Source: Lophium mytilinum (taxonomy: Eukaryota). Taken from it: a stretch of DNA of 64,000 bases. Shown piece after piece: positions 1 to 12,006 of this stretch. A program made the position numbers and the translations under genes. Each line of letters begins with the position of its first letter. Within the stretch, counting starts at the first letter, position 1. The notes beneath the pieces are model-generated. The model was not told where the DNA came from. It worked only from the letters and a program-made list of their open reading frames with translations, and did not search any database. Location of the stretch: positions 1,178,001 through 1,242,000 of the forward strand of contig MU004183.1 of the NCBI GenBank assembly GCA_010093605.1. The letters run 5' to 3'.

Positions 1-197
1 TCTCTAGCTCCCTGACCTATCAACGGCGTAGCAGACATCTAGCCTTTGTCTAAGTTTCATTCCAAACCACAACCCATTGCGGGTTTGAGCCGAGATCACA
101 CATCGCGCTCAAGCAATGGCCTTTTGCTTTAAACGCCTTCAAACGCCAAAACGCCGACACTCCACCTCGCTCCTGTACTAAGGAAATCCGTCACGTT

Positions 198-703
198 TCA
201 AGTCCATGATCGTCCGCTCGGCAATGCAATTAAAGATGTGAAGTTGCACCCCTTCCGCAGGTGGGGCATGGTGAAGTAGTCCGAGAGCTCCATAACGACG
301 AAGATGGAGATACTGAGCCAGCTACACTCGCAGGCCTCGTTGGTCTTAGGGAATCGGTATGAGTTTGTGGTTGATGTGCATTCGCAAGCGCTACTGGCAG
401 CTCAGTTTTTGTACCAGGCTAGGTTACTGGGTTAGACTTACTTGTATCGATGGTGTGTTGCTCTGGTGTGCTGCAGCATCCCTGGTACTCATTTTCCAGC
501 TTCTGCTGTGCTTCCGGATTGTTTGTCTCCCGCCATGGCCAGATTGGGCCGTCCCATTCGTCCCAGCCATCCTCGTAAGCCTTGATGGAAGCCTTCTCCT
601 TCTCAAAGGCAACGGCGCAGTGAGAGTCCATGGCAAAGCGCTGGGCGCGACAGTGGCCCATGCAGCAGCCGGCGTGGCTGCGAACATTTGATTCGGTGGT
701 CAT
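198..703 (-). CDS. Small hypothetical protein, probably two exons
   Basis: ATG at 703 (ORF MTTESNVRSHAGCC...). A GTAAGT donor near 440 and a CTGCCAG acceptor near 394 splice in frame to a second exon ending TGA at 198-200. No recognisable domain. Confidence 0.35.
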
Positions 704-2204
704 TTCTTGTGTTGGTGTTGAGGTGTTTTCTGATTGATTGATGCGACTAATTGATATTGTCGATGATAGTAGGTCGTACTGATCGATCTCGTCTGAGGTC
801 TGGATGCTTTACAATTCGATTTTGTACTGAATGGTTGTGGACTCCTACAAGACGACTGCGAGACAGCCTTTATAGCACCGCGAGGTCATGGTGTACACCC
901 AGCCGCGATCTGTCCACTGTAGAAAGCGCTCGTCACATTACTCGAATTTGATTATCATACGTCCTTTCATTCTTGCGATCACGCAACAAAATGGCCGGCA
1001 AGGAGTCCCATTCGACGCTGTGTCAGGGGCGCAGCCAGTGGCGCGGTGTGTCGATTACTGTCACGCCACATTATCAGCCCTACTTCGTACCTCGATAGCA
1101 CCCCATGGCGAACATTCTCAACCAGCAATACCATGAACGTAACAGCAGCTCCCATGATTCGTGACTGCCGTATCTCTCCTAAATACCAGGCGGCGAGTTC
1201 TAAAGTCAGAGTCTCCCAAGCTTGGGTCTAGCAGTCGAGCTGGCAACGCTCGGCCGGGTGACAATCTGATGATTTCGCACGTCTGTCAAGAGGGATGCCT
1301 ATCATTCGAACGAGCGGTAAGATGCTGTTCTGCAGATCAGATAGAATAATGCTTGGACACATCATAAGATTGTTCGAGATCGTTCCTTTCAGTCCCTTTT
1401 CGGCTTCCATCTGGATGCGCGGAAGCCGCCGAAAGTGGCGTGTTCCTGCAAGCCCACGCCGGCACATTATCTACCCCCACACAAGCGTGGGAATACGAAT
1501 TGTCGCTTTCCGTTCTCTGTATACGCCAACATCAGTGTAAAGGCAACCCGCTAATTGGGGCAGAGTTCAATCCCTGGGTGGAAGTACCTCATATCAGAAT
1601 ACAGAAGGCCCATTCTTAAGCCAAATTTTACTTACGCTGAGTGGGTTGGCTAAACCTTCGGTAACACAAAGTGTTACTTTCCATGTATCCCTCTTTTGCG
1701 GCTAACTTCCTCCCTCCTTTGCAGCTAACTTCATGGCTTAACATCTGCGCTAGACCGGCGGACATGTATTGATGCTCTTTAGTGTAAATAGGCAAAATAG
1801 CACAAAGACATTAGCTTAGGAAGCGCACCTTTAGTATCTATCCGGCTTTTACAGGTAAAGCTTAATCTAAATAGCTTACCTACTAATATATATACTAGGG
1901 GGACTAATATCTATACCCCTTTTTTTCTCTATATATACTCTATCTATTTCCGTTATCTATATATACATCTTATACCTAATCTTCTAATTACCTAGAATAG
2001 CTTAGAGCCTTATTTCGAGCTTAATTCTTATATATATCTAGGTGTCTAACACTACTACTACCCCTAAATAAGACTAAGAAGAAGATTAAGTACTAATTTA
2101 GTATTATATAGTGTTTGTTTTTTATAGTATTATATTATTCTATAGGGCTAAATTAATAAAGTAAGTAAAAGTAGAGCTATATTTATTATAGTATACTAAT
2201 TTCT

Positions 2205-2620
2205 TAGATCTATCTATCTATCTATTCTTACCCTAAAGCTATGCCTTTAATATCTATCTATCTATCTATCTATCTATCCATCTATCTATCTTTTAGCTAT
2301 CTATCCATCTATTAAACTATCTATCTAATTACCCCTTTTATAGGCTTAACTATTTATCTATCTTAAGATTAACACTAATCCTAACATATTAATAGCTTAT
2401 AATAGCTATAGTAAAATAATTAGCCGGGTTAGGCTTAGTTTTACTTCCAGTATCCTATTTCTTAAAATTATAATATATCTAAATAGACATGTATTTCTAG
2501 TAAAAACTACTTTATATAGACCCCTAGCCTCTATTTCTTTAAAGAATAAAATGTAATAAAAAAAGATAGAAATAAATCTTTTCTCCTGTATAATACTGGT
2601 TAGGTCTAATTACTTTACTA
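2205..2620. repeat. Degenerate repeat with TATC tract; related copy at ~6237-6650
   Basis: Both copies have a (TATC)n tract followed by 'tacccctttt..taggcttaactattta...ataatagcta.agtaaaa...aggctta.ttttactt'. Confidence 0.6.
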
Positions 2621-2901
2621 GATTCTAATTTTCTTAGATTACTCCTCTAGAGCCTTTACTTTATCCGCTTACTTTATTAAAGATACCCTCTCTAATTATA
2701 GTATGTATTGTTATGCTCTATTTTCTATAATCTGCAAAATCTATAGGGACTAGAGTAGATGCACATAAAGGCTCTATTCCTAGTCGCAGCGTAAAAAGGT
2801 TTAGATGCTAATAAAGTAGAAGAGGCTTTCCCTAATTAAAAGTAAAAAAGGTATTATAGCTCTCCCTATTATTTTTAAAGAGACTATTAAATTTTAATCT
2901 A

Positions 2902-3179
2902 TATATATACTGTATAGAGTTAGTTTAAGAATAGATAGCTAGATAGATAGATAGATAGATAGATAGGAATTATATTACTTAAGATCTAGTCTATACTAAT
3001 AGTAATAGAGTTATATATATACGCTATTTAGTGCATTATAAGAAGCTCCTCTAATTTCTTTTAATATTTTCTAATAAATATTATATTATAATATAAGGCT
3101 TATAGCATTATTCCTATTATAAGGTTTTTAAGCCTATTAAAGGCAAGAATATAGTAGTTCTACTTTTATAAAACTTATA
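2902..3179 (-). mobile_element. Solo LTR, older RIP-degraded copy of the ~260-bp family
   Basis: Aligns by eye to the other copies (gatagataggaatt...aggttttta.gcctatta). ATCTA flanks both sides (2897-2901, 3180-3184). Confidence 0.65.
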
Positions 3180-4211
3180 ATCTATATCTTATCTAGATTT
3201 AGGGGGATACTAAAATTAATAAGTTAGACTGGCCGCTTATAGTGCTTCTACACCTCTTAATAGGCAGCCTACCCGTTGCACTCCTTATTTAAGATAGGGT
3301 GTGGTCCCTAGTATTCTTTTTTAAATAACGCTAAGGGCTAGATACTAAGTACAGCTATAGTATTCCTGAAGCCTTTAGTGAACCTAGATTTAAAGACTAC
3401 TAATAAAGCTTTAAGAGTTTAGAAACAGTTATTTTTAAGATCTTATAAAACTATTAATATTACTTTAGTCTATAGGCGTTTAGCTGGAAGTAAGAATCTT
3501 ATAAAAGGATATAATTTATCCTATAGCACCTTAGAGGATTCTAGTAGCGTTCCACCCTAATCGCGCTTTAAGTTTACTATCTCTTATAAAAAATTAAGTA
3601 ACATGCTAGTAAGGTAATCTACTACCTTGCACTAATTTTAAGTTTTCTAATAAATATTTGCCCTACCTTAATAGGCCTAAGGGCTTCTATAGCTATAAAA
3701 CCCTAAATTCTATATTTATAGAGCTATAGGTGGGCAAGATAGTAGAATATTACTAGCTAGGTAGTAACTACTAGGGGTTAGCTAATAAACCTTAGTAGTA
3801 CTTCTACAAATTATTTATAGTTTAAGGAGTATTTTATGTAGCTAAGAGTCCCTAGTAATAATTACTATTAAAATATTTACTAAAAGTAATATATCTAACT
3901 TCCAGCGGCATACTTATACTAGATACACTAGCTAATTCTAAAAGACTTAGATTAGTATAGTTTCTAGTTTCTAAAGTTTCTTTAGCAACTTAATGAAGAA
4001 AACACTAAATACTATTTAATATAAATTTATAAGTAGTTAAAATATTTTAGGGTTAGTAATCTAGATTTCTAGTCCTTGAAATTTTCTATCTAAAAATACT
4101 ATCTACTAGATAGAGAGATTAAGTATATAGCACAGCTATTATTATAATAATTTCCTACTATCTAATACTACTTCTACTAATACTTCTATTATAACTAATA
4201 TAGTATCTTTA

Positions 4212-5058
4212 GGGGAGCGCTACTGCCACGCCCCCTTTTATTAGCTACCACACCCCCTTTTGGCTACAGGCACGCCCCCCTTACGTCTGATCACTTCACC
4301 ACCTTCTAATTGGCTCGGATCACTGCTCCGGAGCCTCCGAGTGGCTCGCTTAGCTCGCGCGCAGTTTCTAAATGCTCTCTCCAAGTGCGGCGTGGCTACA
4401 AACAATCACATCCTTATCCTCTACTTCCACAATACACTCACCATGGCCCTCCAGCCACCTCCAGCACGGGCGTACAACTCTATTAAGGAAGCTGAGGAGG
4501 CGCTTACAGCGCACGCAAAGGCGCAGGGCTACGGAGCTCCGACGTTAGATGGCATTGTACGATCAGTATCTGGAGGGGTTAATGGATCAGGATAGCCAAG
4601 GAGGCGCGGCGGCGATGTAGGGGGGCCAGGTTTGATGCGGAGAGGCCGTAATAAGGTGAGGATTTGACTGTTTTGGCATGCTCATAGGCACGTAGGCACG
4701 TAGGTAGCATTACAACGGCCTATATACACTGTAGGAAACGGGAAGTATGCATAGTAAAACGGTTATGCTGTACAGCCTTGCCATAAGCAGCCTTACGTAC
4801 GGCCTCACGTACGGCCTCACGTGAGGCCTTACGTGTAGCTGGCCTATATATATAGCCTCACGGAAACGGTAAGAATGCACGATGAAATGGTGAGGCTGCA
4901 CAGCCTTCCCATGGAACACGGATGCGCGTGAGAATTGAGCGCCGGAGCTTCCTCCGAGCCCTCCGAGCCAATCAGAAGATCAGACGTAAGGGGGGCGTGC
5001 CTGTAGCCAAAAGGGGGTGTGGTAGCTGATAAAAGGGGGCGTAGCAGTAGCGCTCCCC
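4212..5058 (+). mobile_element. Non-autonomous Mutator-like (MULE) DNA transposon, internal-deletion derivative, 847 bp
   Basis: Long terminal inverted repeats (GGGGAGCGCTACTGC...CCTTACGTCTGATC, ~80 bp plus subterminal similarity). 8-bp direct repeat TATCTTTA at 4204-4211 and 5059-5066. The internal peptide MALQPPPARAYNSIKEAEEALTAHAKAQGYG resembles the N-terminus of fungal MULE/Hop transposases. Confidence 0.85.
4788..4835. repeat. Short 12-bp tandem repeat (GGCCTCACGTAC-like) with palindrome, inside the MULE
   Basis: 'cagccttacgtacggcctcacgtacggcctcacgtgaggccttacgtg' read directly. Confidence 0.8.
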
Positions 5059-5403
5059 TATCTTTAAACTTCTTAAAGTAATCTAATTTATTAATATAAG
5101 CTATTTTATTATTAGAAACTAAAGCTTTATATAATTTATCTAAAATACAAAGAAGCTTATTTTAGTATTATATAACTAAAGCAATACTAAGATACTCTTA
5201 ACTTTTATATAATGCACCTATACCCTTAGATAAAAGAAAGAATAGCTATAATAATAGCTAAATATATAATTAGAATAAATCGAGCACTTCCCGTAATTTA
5301 CTTAGGCTTATAGTAGATACTAGAGGTTAGTAAAATAGTTATTTAGTTTTAGTAAAATATTACTAAAAACGCGCTCCTTTATAAATGGCCTAGATATATA
5401 TAA

Positions 5404-5660
5404 TGTAACAATTATAATAGCATAAGCGTTATATCCTTACGCATAATAGGCTCAAAAGCCTTTAAACGGGACGAAACCGTGAGCGTTTGAACGTGATACA
5501 ATAAACGCTGGATAACGTTATAAGAACGTTAGAGAAACGTTTTATAATGCATTAAATGCTGTATATATACTCTGTTGCTGTTAATGTAGAATAGAACTCA
5601 AGTAATACAATTCCTATCTTTCTATCCATCTATTCTTATATTAACTCTATACCTTTGACA
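5404..5660 (+). mobile_element. Solo LTR (TG...CA), copy A
   Basis: Starts TGTAAC, ends TTTGACA; near-identical to the copies at 7042, 18730 and 21375. Flanks are TATAA (left) and TCTAT (right). Confidence 0.9.
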
Positions 5661-5787
5661 TCTATACTATATGTAGATGAAACTATTTAAATACCTAAAA
5701 GAAAAGGTAAAATCTTAAGATGATTTAGTATATTATTCTCTATAGAATACAGAGATGTAAAAGAATATATAGCTACTATAATTTACT

Positions 5788-6051
5788 ATATAAAGGTATG
5801 AATTAGTGTAAGAATAGATAGATAGATAGATAGATAGGAATTGTATTGCTTGAGTTCTATTCTATACTAATAGCAATAGAGTTGTATATGAACGCTAATT
5901 AATGCATTTTTAAACGCTTCTCTAATGTTCTTCTAACGTTATCTAACGTTTATTATACTACGTTTAGATGCTCATGGTTTTGTTCCCATTTTAAGGCTCT
6001 TAGGCATAGTATGCGTAAGGATATAACGCTTATACTATGATAAACCTTACA
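5788..6051 (-). mobile_element. LTR copy B (diverged subfamily)
   Basis: Reverse-complement match to copy A (ggaattgtattgcttgagttctattc...gcgtaaggatataacgcttat...ttaca). Left end and TSD not resolved. Confidence 0.8.
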
Positions 6052-6236
6052 CTAAAGAGTCTATATAGTACCTCTATTAGAGTTAATCTATTTCTAAGAC
6101 TTTAAGTACGTAACCCTCTGTATTTCTAGTATTAGAGTTTATACTAGAATATTTTAAAATTAAGTTAACGTTTACTAATAGGTTAGAAAACAAATAAAGG
6201 ATTTCTAGGTAGTAAAGTAGATATAATATATACACC

Positions 6237-6327
<91 letters not shown>

Positions 6328-6342
6328 CTATCTGTCTATCTA
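6237..6342. repeat. (TCTA)n microsatellite
   Basis: More than 20 near-perfect TCTA units read directly. Confidence 0.97.
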
Positions 6343-7041
6343 TTTATAAAAGTTTATTTATCTATTTACCCCTTTTTTAGGCTTAACTATTTACCTTCCT
6401 TGTATGTAATACTACTTCTATATACTAGTACTGTATAATAGCTAAAGTAAAAAAACCAGCCTAATCAGGCTTACTTTTACTTACTTGCAATACATCTTAT
6501 TTTAAATATATATTATTTTAGGCTTCTAGCTCTAACTACACCTATATTTCTATTTAAAATTACTCTATCTTCTATTTCTTATAAAATAGAATAATATAAA
6601 ATTAAATAGGGATATATTTTCTATCCTATATAGCACTAGTAATACTCTTTAGCTGCCCTAATATTACTGCGCTTATGCAAATAGTTCTAGAAGATAGTCC
6701 GCTTCTAGTTATTAAAGCACTTACTAAAGAGGGGATTTAGAAATGTCTAATAATATAAATTAATATTTTAGTAGAAGATAAGTACCTTCCTATAAGTATA
6801 TTAACTATACACCCTATTTCTAGTTTATTTAATAGAGTGGATATTATCTTTCTTTAGGCTAGCCTTATAATAAACTCCTTAAGTTAATAGGACTTATACT
6901 ATCTAGAGGAATTAGGAGGTTTTTAAACGTTATTATACCTAAAAATCTTACAATAATATACTAGAGAATTATAGTACCTATTAAGTATTCTAATATAGCT
7001 TAGCGTAACCTAGTAAAGAACGCTATATAATAGGTTTTATA

Positions 7042-7298
7042 TATTAAAGGTACAGAGTCAATGGGAGAATAGATACATAGATAGATAGGAATTATATTGC
7101 TTAAGTTCTATTCTACATTAACAGCAACGGAGTATATATACAGCATTTAATGCATTATAAAACATTTCTCTAACGTTCTTATAACGTTATCCAGCGTTCG
7201 TTGTATTACGTTTAAACGCTCACGGTTTTGTCCCGTTTGAAGGCTTTTAAGCCTATTATGCGTAAGGATATAACGCTTATGCTATTGTAATCTTTACA
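7042..7298 (-). mobile_element. Solo LTR copy C, inverted relative to A
   Basis: Reverse complement of copy A, with RIP-type transitions. Flanks are TTATA (left) and ATAGA (right). Confidence 0.9.
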
Positions 7299-7671
7299 AT
7301 AGACTGTATAAAAGATAAGTAACTAGTTCTAGTATTACGTTATATCCTTTAAACATTAATACTTAGATATAAAATTTTAAGCTTCTAGCTTATTTATATA
7401 TGGGGCTAACAAGGGAAAGGCAGAACTTACATACTAGTATTACTAGAGAAGCTAGTAATTATGGTAATAGAGAACCCCTTTACAGTTAAAACTAGTTAGA
7501 TTTGCGTCATGCGGCATTCTTAGGATTTGTGTGGTTTCTGCCCCAAAGAAATACTTAAGCTCATTATCATACTTCGACAACCTAGGGATATTGAGATTTG
7601 GAACAAGACGATGATAATAACAGGCCTGGATAAAGACCCTGATGCATTTTCCGATCACAGGCTACAGGTAA

Positions 7672-10064
7672 CTAGTCTAACATCGCAGTGTCTCTTCCGC
7701 CGTATGCCCCAGGCCCAAACTTCCATTTCACTAGGCCTCTATCTGTCCACGCCCAGAGCTCGTCCTCCTCTCGGAAAGCAAGCTCGAAAACCACCCCAGC
7801 CTCGGGCAGTTCGACCGGATGCAGCTCAACCATCTCTTGATCGAGTGGGTTGGACTGATAATAGCGATATCCACATCCCTCTAGATATGCATAGTCCCCT
7901 GGCACCGTTCCCTCTGGCAACGTACCGGGATCCAAGAAAGCTTTGCTGTCGATCGCCCATACGAGGACCCGTTTCCAGGATGTCATAGCAATGCGATGTG
8001 AATGGGGAGATACCGCCATTCGCACCCCAAGAGAGGACAGATTGAATAAATCTAGACCGACAAGTCTAGCAACGAAGACGTGGTGCAGATTCGAATAGTC
8101 TTTCTCGAGGTCGAATGTGTCGCAGCTAGAATCTGCACAGTAGTGGATTGCCTTGAGGAGGAACGCGCCTACGCGTCCTGGCGTAAGCCAACGAGGTGTG
8201 GTGCAATTGTGCTCCTCGCGTCTGAGCATGACTTCGAGAGCCGTATTCAGGCACGTTGGAGCACCATCATTGAGCTGCGGATCTGTGACACGATGGTGGT
8301 GATGGAAAGCAATGGCCTTTCCCAGAGAAGGCGAGCTGAATGCCTCGACGTCGTCCGGAAGGTAGTTATTGCGACGATGAATCTCTAGGCGACTCAGGAT
8401 GTTACTGACCGTCCACCGTGGAACGGGGAGGCAAGACTGGAAGAGGTGCAGTCTCTTGCCCCTGACTTGCATTGAGGAAATGATCTCATCTGCGTGGGAT
8501 TCGAGCAACGTCGAATTTGCCGGAGGTGGAACGTCTGATTCGATTAGCTTGAGACAAATCGAATTGGTGGGATATGCAGATCCTCCACAAACTGGTGGAC
8601 CGGCGACTATATGATAGGGAGCAGAGAGAGTGCTGGGAGGAATCTCATACCTTGATCGTAACGTTTACTGTACTTTGTTAATTTGTGCTTCGGATGTCGT
8701 CCTTCAAACCATCGAGTCAATACAAGCGATGTGCCAGATTTTGAGACCGCCACAGCCACCACATCGTTAGGCGTTTCGGATTCCATTTCCATCTCGAAAA
8801 CATCCAAAACTATAGGACCGAACTGTTCGTCCAACCTGAAAGTTACAAGTCGAATTGGTTCCGGAGAAGACGATGGACGCTCTTGAGCGCTACAGTGTGT
8901 TCCCCTCGTGGATTTGGATCTTTTGGAACGGTAAAGAATAGCTATCGTATGAGCGGAGTTTCCTTTAGAGCTCATCACGTCAGGTTCGCAGACCGCAATC
9001 TTGACAACTTCACAGTCAGGCCAGGCAAACGTCGAACCATGGCCCAGTGACAAGCCATACGGATCGATGATGTGAGAAAGCCTTGGACTGGCCTCGATGA
9101 TCCTATAGATTCGCACCACACCAGTATCTGCACAAACGTTTGCAAGCATGAGACCATGTCCGCTTTCTCCAGGAGAGGAAATGAGGGTGCTATTTTTCCA
9201 GTCGGTCTTCGTTGTAGGGAGGTAGGAGTAGACATCAGACAAGAAAGCGGCGCCACTGTGAAGATGTCGAGTGGCCCGTTGAGAGAAAAGTGTGACTAGG
9301 CTTGCTGCGTCTTGCTGGGAACTAGAAACGGGGTCTTGGAGACCGGGCATGCGTCTCAGCTGGTCCTTGAGAAGGGCTTTAGAGTTCAGAGCATGCTCGC
9401 GGAAGGTTTTGCAGGTCACGAGGCAGACGTAGAATGATTCGGCATCGAGTGTATGTAGTATTTGGCGGAGCAGCTCTGGGGGTAGATCGAGGAGCATCAT
9501 GCGCGGGCTCGAGGGGAAGTGAGAGCTTGCTGCCACACTCGGCGGTGATAGTCCACCTCCGGTGCGATCTACATGTATGGCATTACTGCCGATACGCTGC
9601 ACTTCTGCTTCAGAAGATCCAGAAGAACGCGATGACAAAGGAGATCGTGGGAGGGAGTCCGACATGAAATGAGGGTAGCGTCGCTCTGCCTCGTGAAAGA
9701 CGTCTGTACACTGCTGTTGAAACCGCTCAAGAGACAGTGACGCGAGCTTTTGTCGGGCCACGTTGCGCTTCTGCTGATAAGCGGGGTTCGGATGCAAGAA
9801 CCGTGGCACATTGGATGTCCTCGAGCTGCCTTTGGTCGACCACTGTTCCCGACGCAACGATTCGTCATATACATCAGTACTATGGTCCTGAAACTGAGCT
9901 TGGGGAAGTCGCGTGAGCCTGTCTTTCGTCCGGTGCGATCGACGCTGCGCGCTCTTCCGTTCTCGTAGGTGCGGGCCCAGGTATGCTTTCAGGAATGCGT
10001 AATGTTCCAAGAGTATGTCTTCCGGCCTAGGCGTCTTCCGGTTCATGGTTGTAGCGTCTGCCAT
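7672..10064 (-). CDS. F-box protein with N-terminal tandem Spa2/GIT homology (SHD) repeats, ~782 aa, 2 exons (10064-8651, 8606-7672)
   Basis: SHD-like motifs RLTRL..QFQDHSTDVYDESLRR and KRNVARQKLASL..ERFQQQCTDVFHEAERRYP; F-box LLDLPPELLRQILHTLD...LVTCKTF. A GTATGA...TAG intron (8650-8607) joins the two ORFs in frame. Confidence 0.8.
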
Positions 10065-12006
10065 GCTTGAGCATATGTCAAGTTCGATGTAGGTTCGGTC
10101 GGTTCTAGGTATGCTAGCTTGAATTAGTCAGTATATCTCGACGAAATAGAGATCTCGTCTCACAGGGAAGATTCGTAGCCCCGACACGGCAAGGCTGTGT
10201 GGGGCAGTCTCTCTGTTCGTTGCCCTGAACGTCCCCAGTAGCAGTGTCAGAGGAAAGAGTGGTGTCTAGGATGCTGTGGTGGGCGAAGTTTGCATTCAGT
10301 AACTGTTACTGTGATGGGGGCTGGAATAGAAGCCCTCTGAAGTGCCTAAGTTTATATATAGGCGGCCAGCCTTGCACACCGGACAATAGAGTGTGGATGC
10401 CTGCTCGGCCAGAGAGGAGCTGAGTCCAGCACGCGCCGTCGCCCTCAGGAGGTCAGCACTTAGGGGGAATGTACTATTGGGCGTAGACACATAGATTGGG
10501 ATGGACGCCGGCGGTGGTTTTTGCTGGTTCAATTGAGGTTCTTGTTGTTGAAGTGCTTCGGCGGGACGTTGACCTTGAAACGCACGTGCCGCCATGACGG
10601 ACACGATGAATCCAGGGTCGTGCCAAGACCTCGACATCCCGCATTTTCTGGATTATGGCAGAGGAAGCCAAAGCTGTCCACCTTTTGAGCGCGAATGTCA
10701 CATTGCTGGCCCTGGGCATTCGTATAGACCCAGTGCCAATTCTAGGCTCCTAGACATACTGCTCCGTTGGCCGCATCTTGGACTCTGTTATATATTTACC
10801 GTTTATGACCACCTTCACAAACGCATTCACTGTGCCACCATTCCTAATGGACGATTCAGCGACCTGCATGCCCCACACTGCCCACACTGGCGAGACCACG
10901 AGCGCGGGCATGGAATGGCCACACTTGCAGCTCGCCGGATTGGGGGTTTCTCATCGCCATCGCCAGCTCTTGCCCGTCGCCCTATGCATCCCGGCTCTAG
11001 CGTCGGGAAACAGATGGGGGCAGCCGTGTACAAAGGTAGATCGATAAGGGAGCCTTACAAATGCATGTGAGACGGCCATCGAATTGTCCTTGAGCTTCAC
11101 AGGCCAATGCCCGCGTCGACGTGCGTACCGACATCGCCGTTGACCCTCGTGCCTCCGACACCATCTCGCCCTCGCAGCAGCATCTCGTCGAGAACAGCTT
11201 TCGTCACACCGCAACCAGGACCGTGGTGTCCGCGGGGGGCTCGTTTCACGGGATGATAGCCGCAGAAGCGCGATGCTGCTCCGAGGGGTCCGCGCTGGCG
11301 GCGACGTTCCAGACTCGTGATCCAGCTTTGTTCCCAGCTAGTAGGCGTGACAGCAGCCGGCGGCCGTTGCATCGGGCTGGCGCGTGGTAATGGGTTCAGC
11401 GATGTCGCCAGGTACTTGAGGCCGATGATGCCACGAGGGCTGGGACAGGCGGTGTGACTCTGGACGACGACTTGGGACGAAGCTGAGGACGAAAGACTTT
11501 GGACGAAGGCCTCAGCTGGCACTTGGAACCTTAACCAGCCTCGCCGGCGCCCCTGCTCCCCGCTTGCTGCACCCTGCATGACCAGCCGTCACGAAAAACT
11601 TGCTGCTCGCCCATCGCGAGTGCCATCGGCCCACCATCCCCGTCGACTCGCTGGACAGCCTCCTGATCGAGCGTGCGCTGCTTCAATTGCGACTCTGGCT
11701 CCCCTCTGCGTGCTGCGCAGACCGTAATCCAGACGCCTCGCGTGCCCGGCCCCGCGACGGTTGCGCTGTTCTTTGATCATCGCCCCTGCTTCGCCGCGCG
11801 ACGTCATCGCAGCTGAGCGAGCACTCAACCTCACCTCGATCCACCGCCTCCTGGCCACCACCTCGCCCTCTTCGTCCTCCTCGTCCCCATCGCTACCTCG
11901 CCGCACCTCCCGTCTCATTGATGTCCCCTTCCGACATCACGCATTTCCAGCTACTGCTGGCTTTCCGGCACGCTGCCCACACTTTGCCGACACCCGCTTG
12001 AGGACA

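Larger units (their letters stand above)
1780..7450. repeat. AT-rich RIP-degenerated island (nested TE relics)
   Basis: Abrupt drop in GC, strong excess of TpA with depleted CpA/TpG, almost no ORFs, and multiple internal repeats. Confidence 0.9.

Noticed and set aside
1500..1590. tRNA or tRNA-derived SINE suggested by a GTTCAATCCC B-box-like motif
   Set aside because: The T-stem is imperfect and I find no convincing D-arm, A-box or anticodon arm. tRNAscan-SE would settle it.
5404..6051. MITE with long TIRs formed by the inverted copies at 5404 and 5788
   Set aside because: Both arms are members of the TG...CA LTR family, they belong to different subfamilies, and there is no shared TSD.
11761..12006. 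82-codon non-AUG N-terminal extension of the phosphatase
   Set aside because: The C-rich low-complexity leader is easily stop-free by chance; the first ATG at 12007 is the simpler start.
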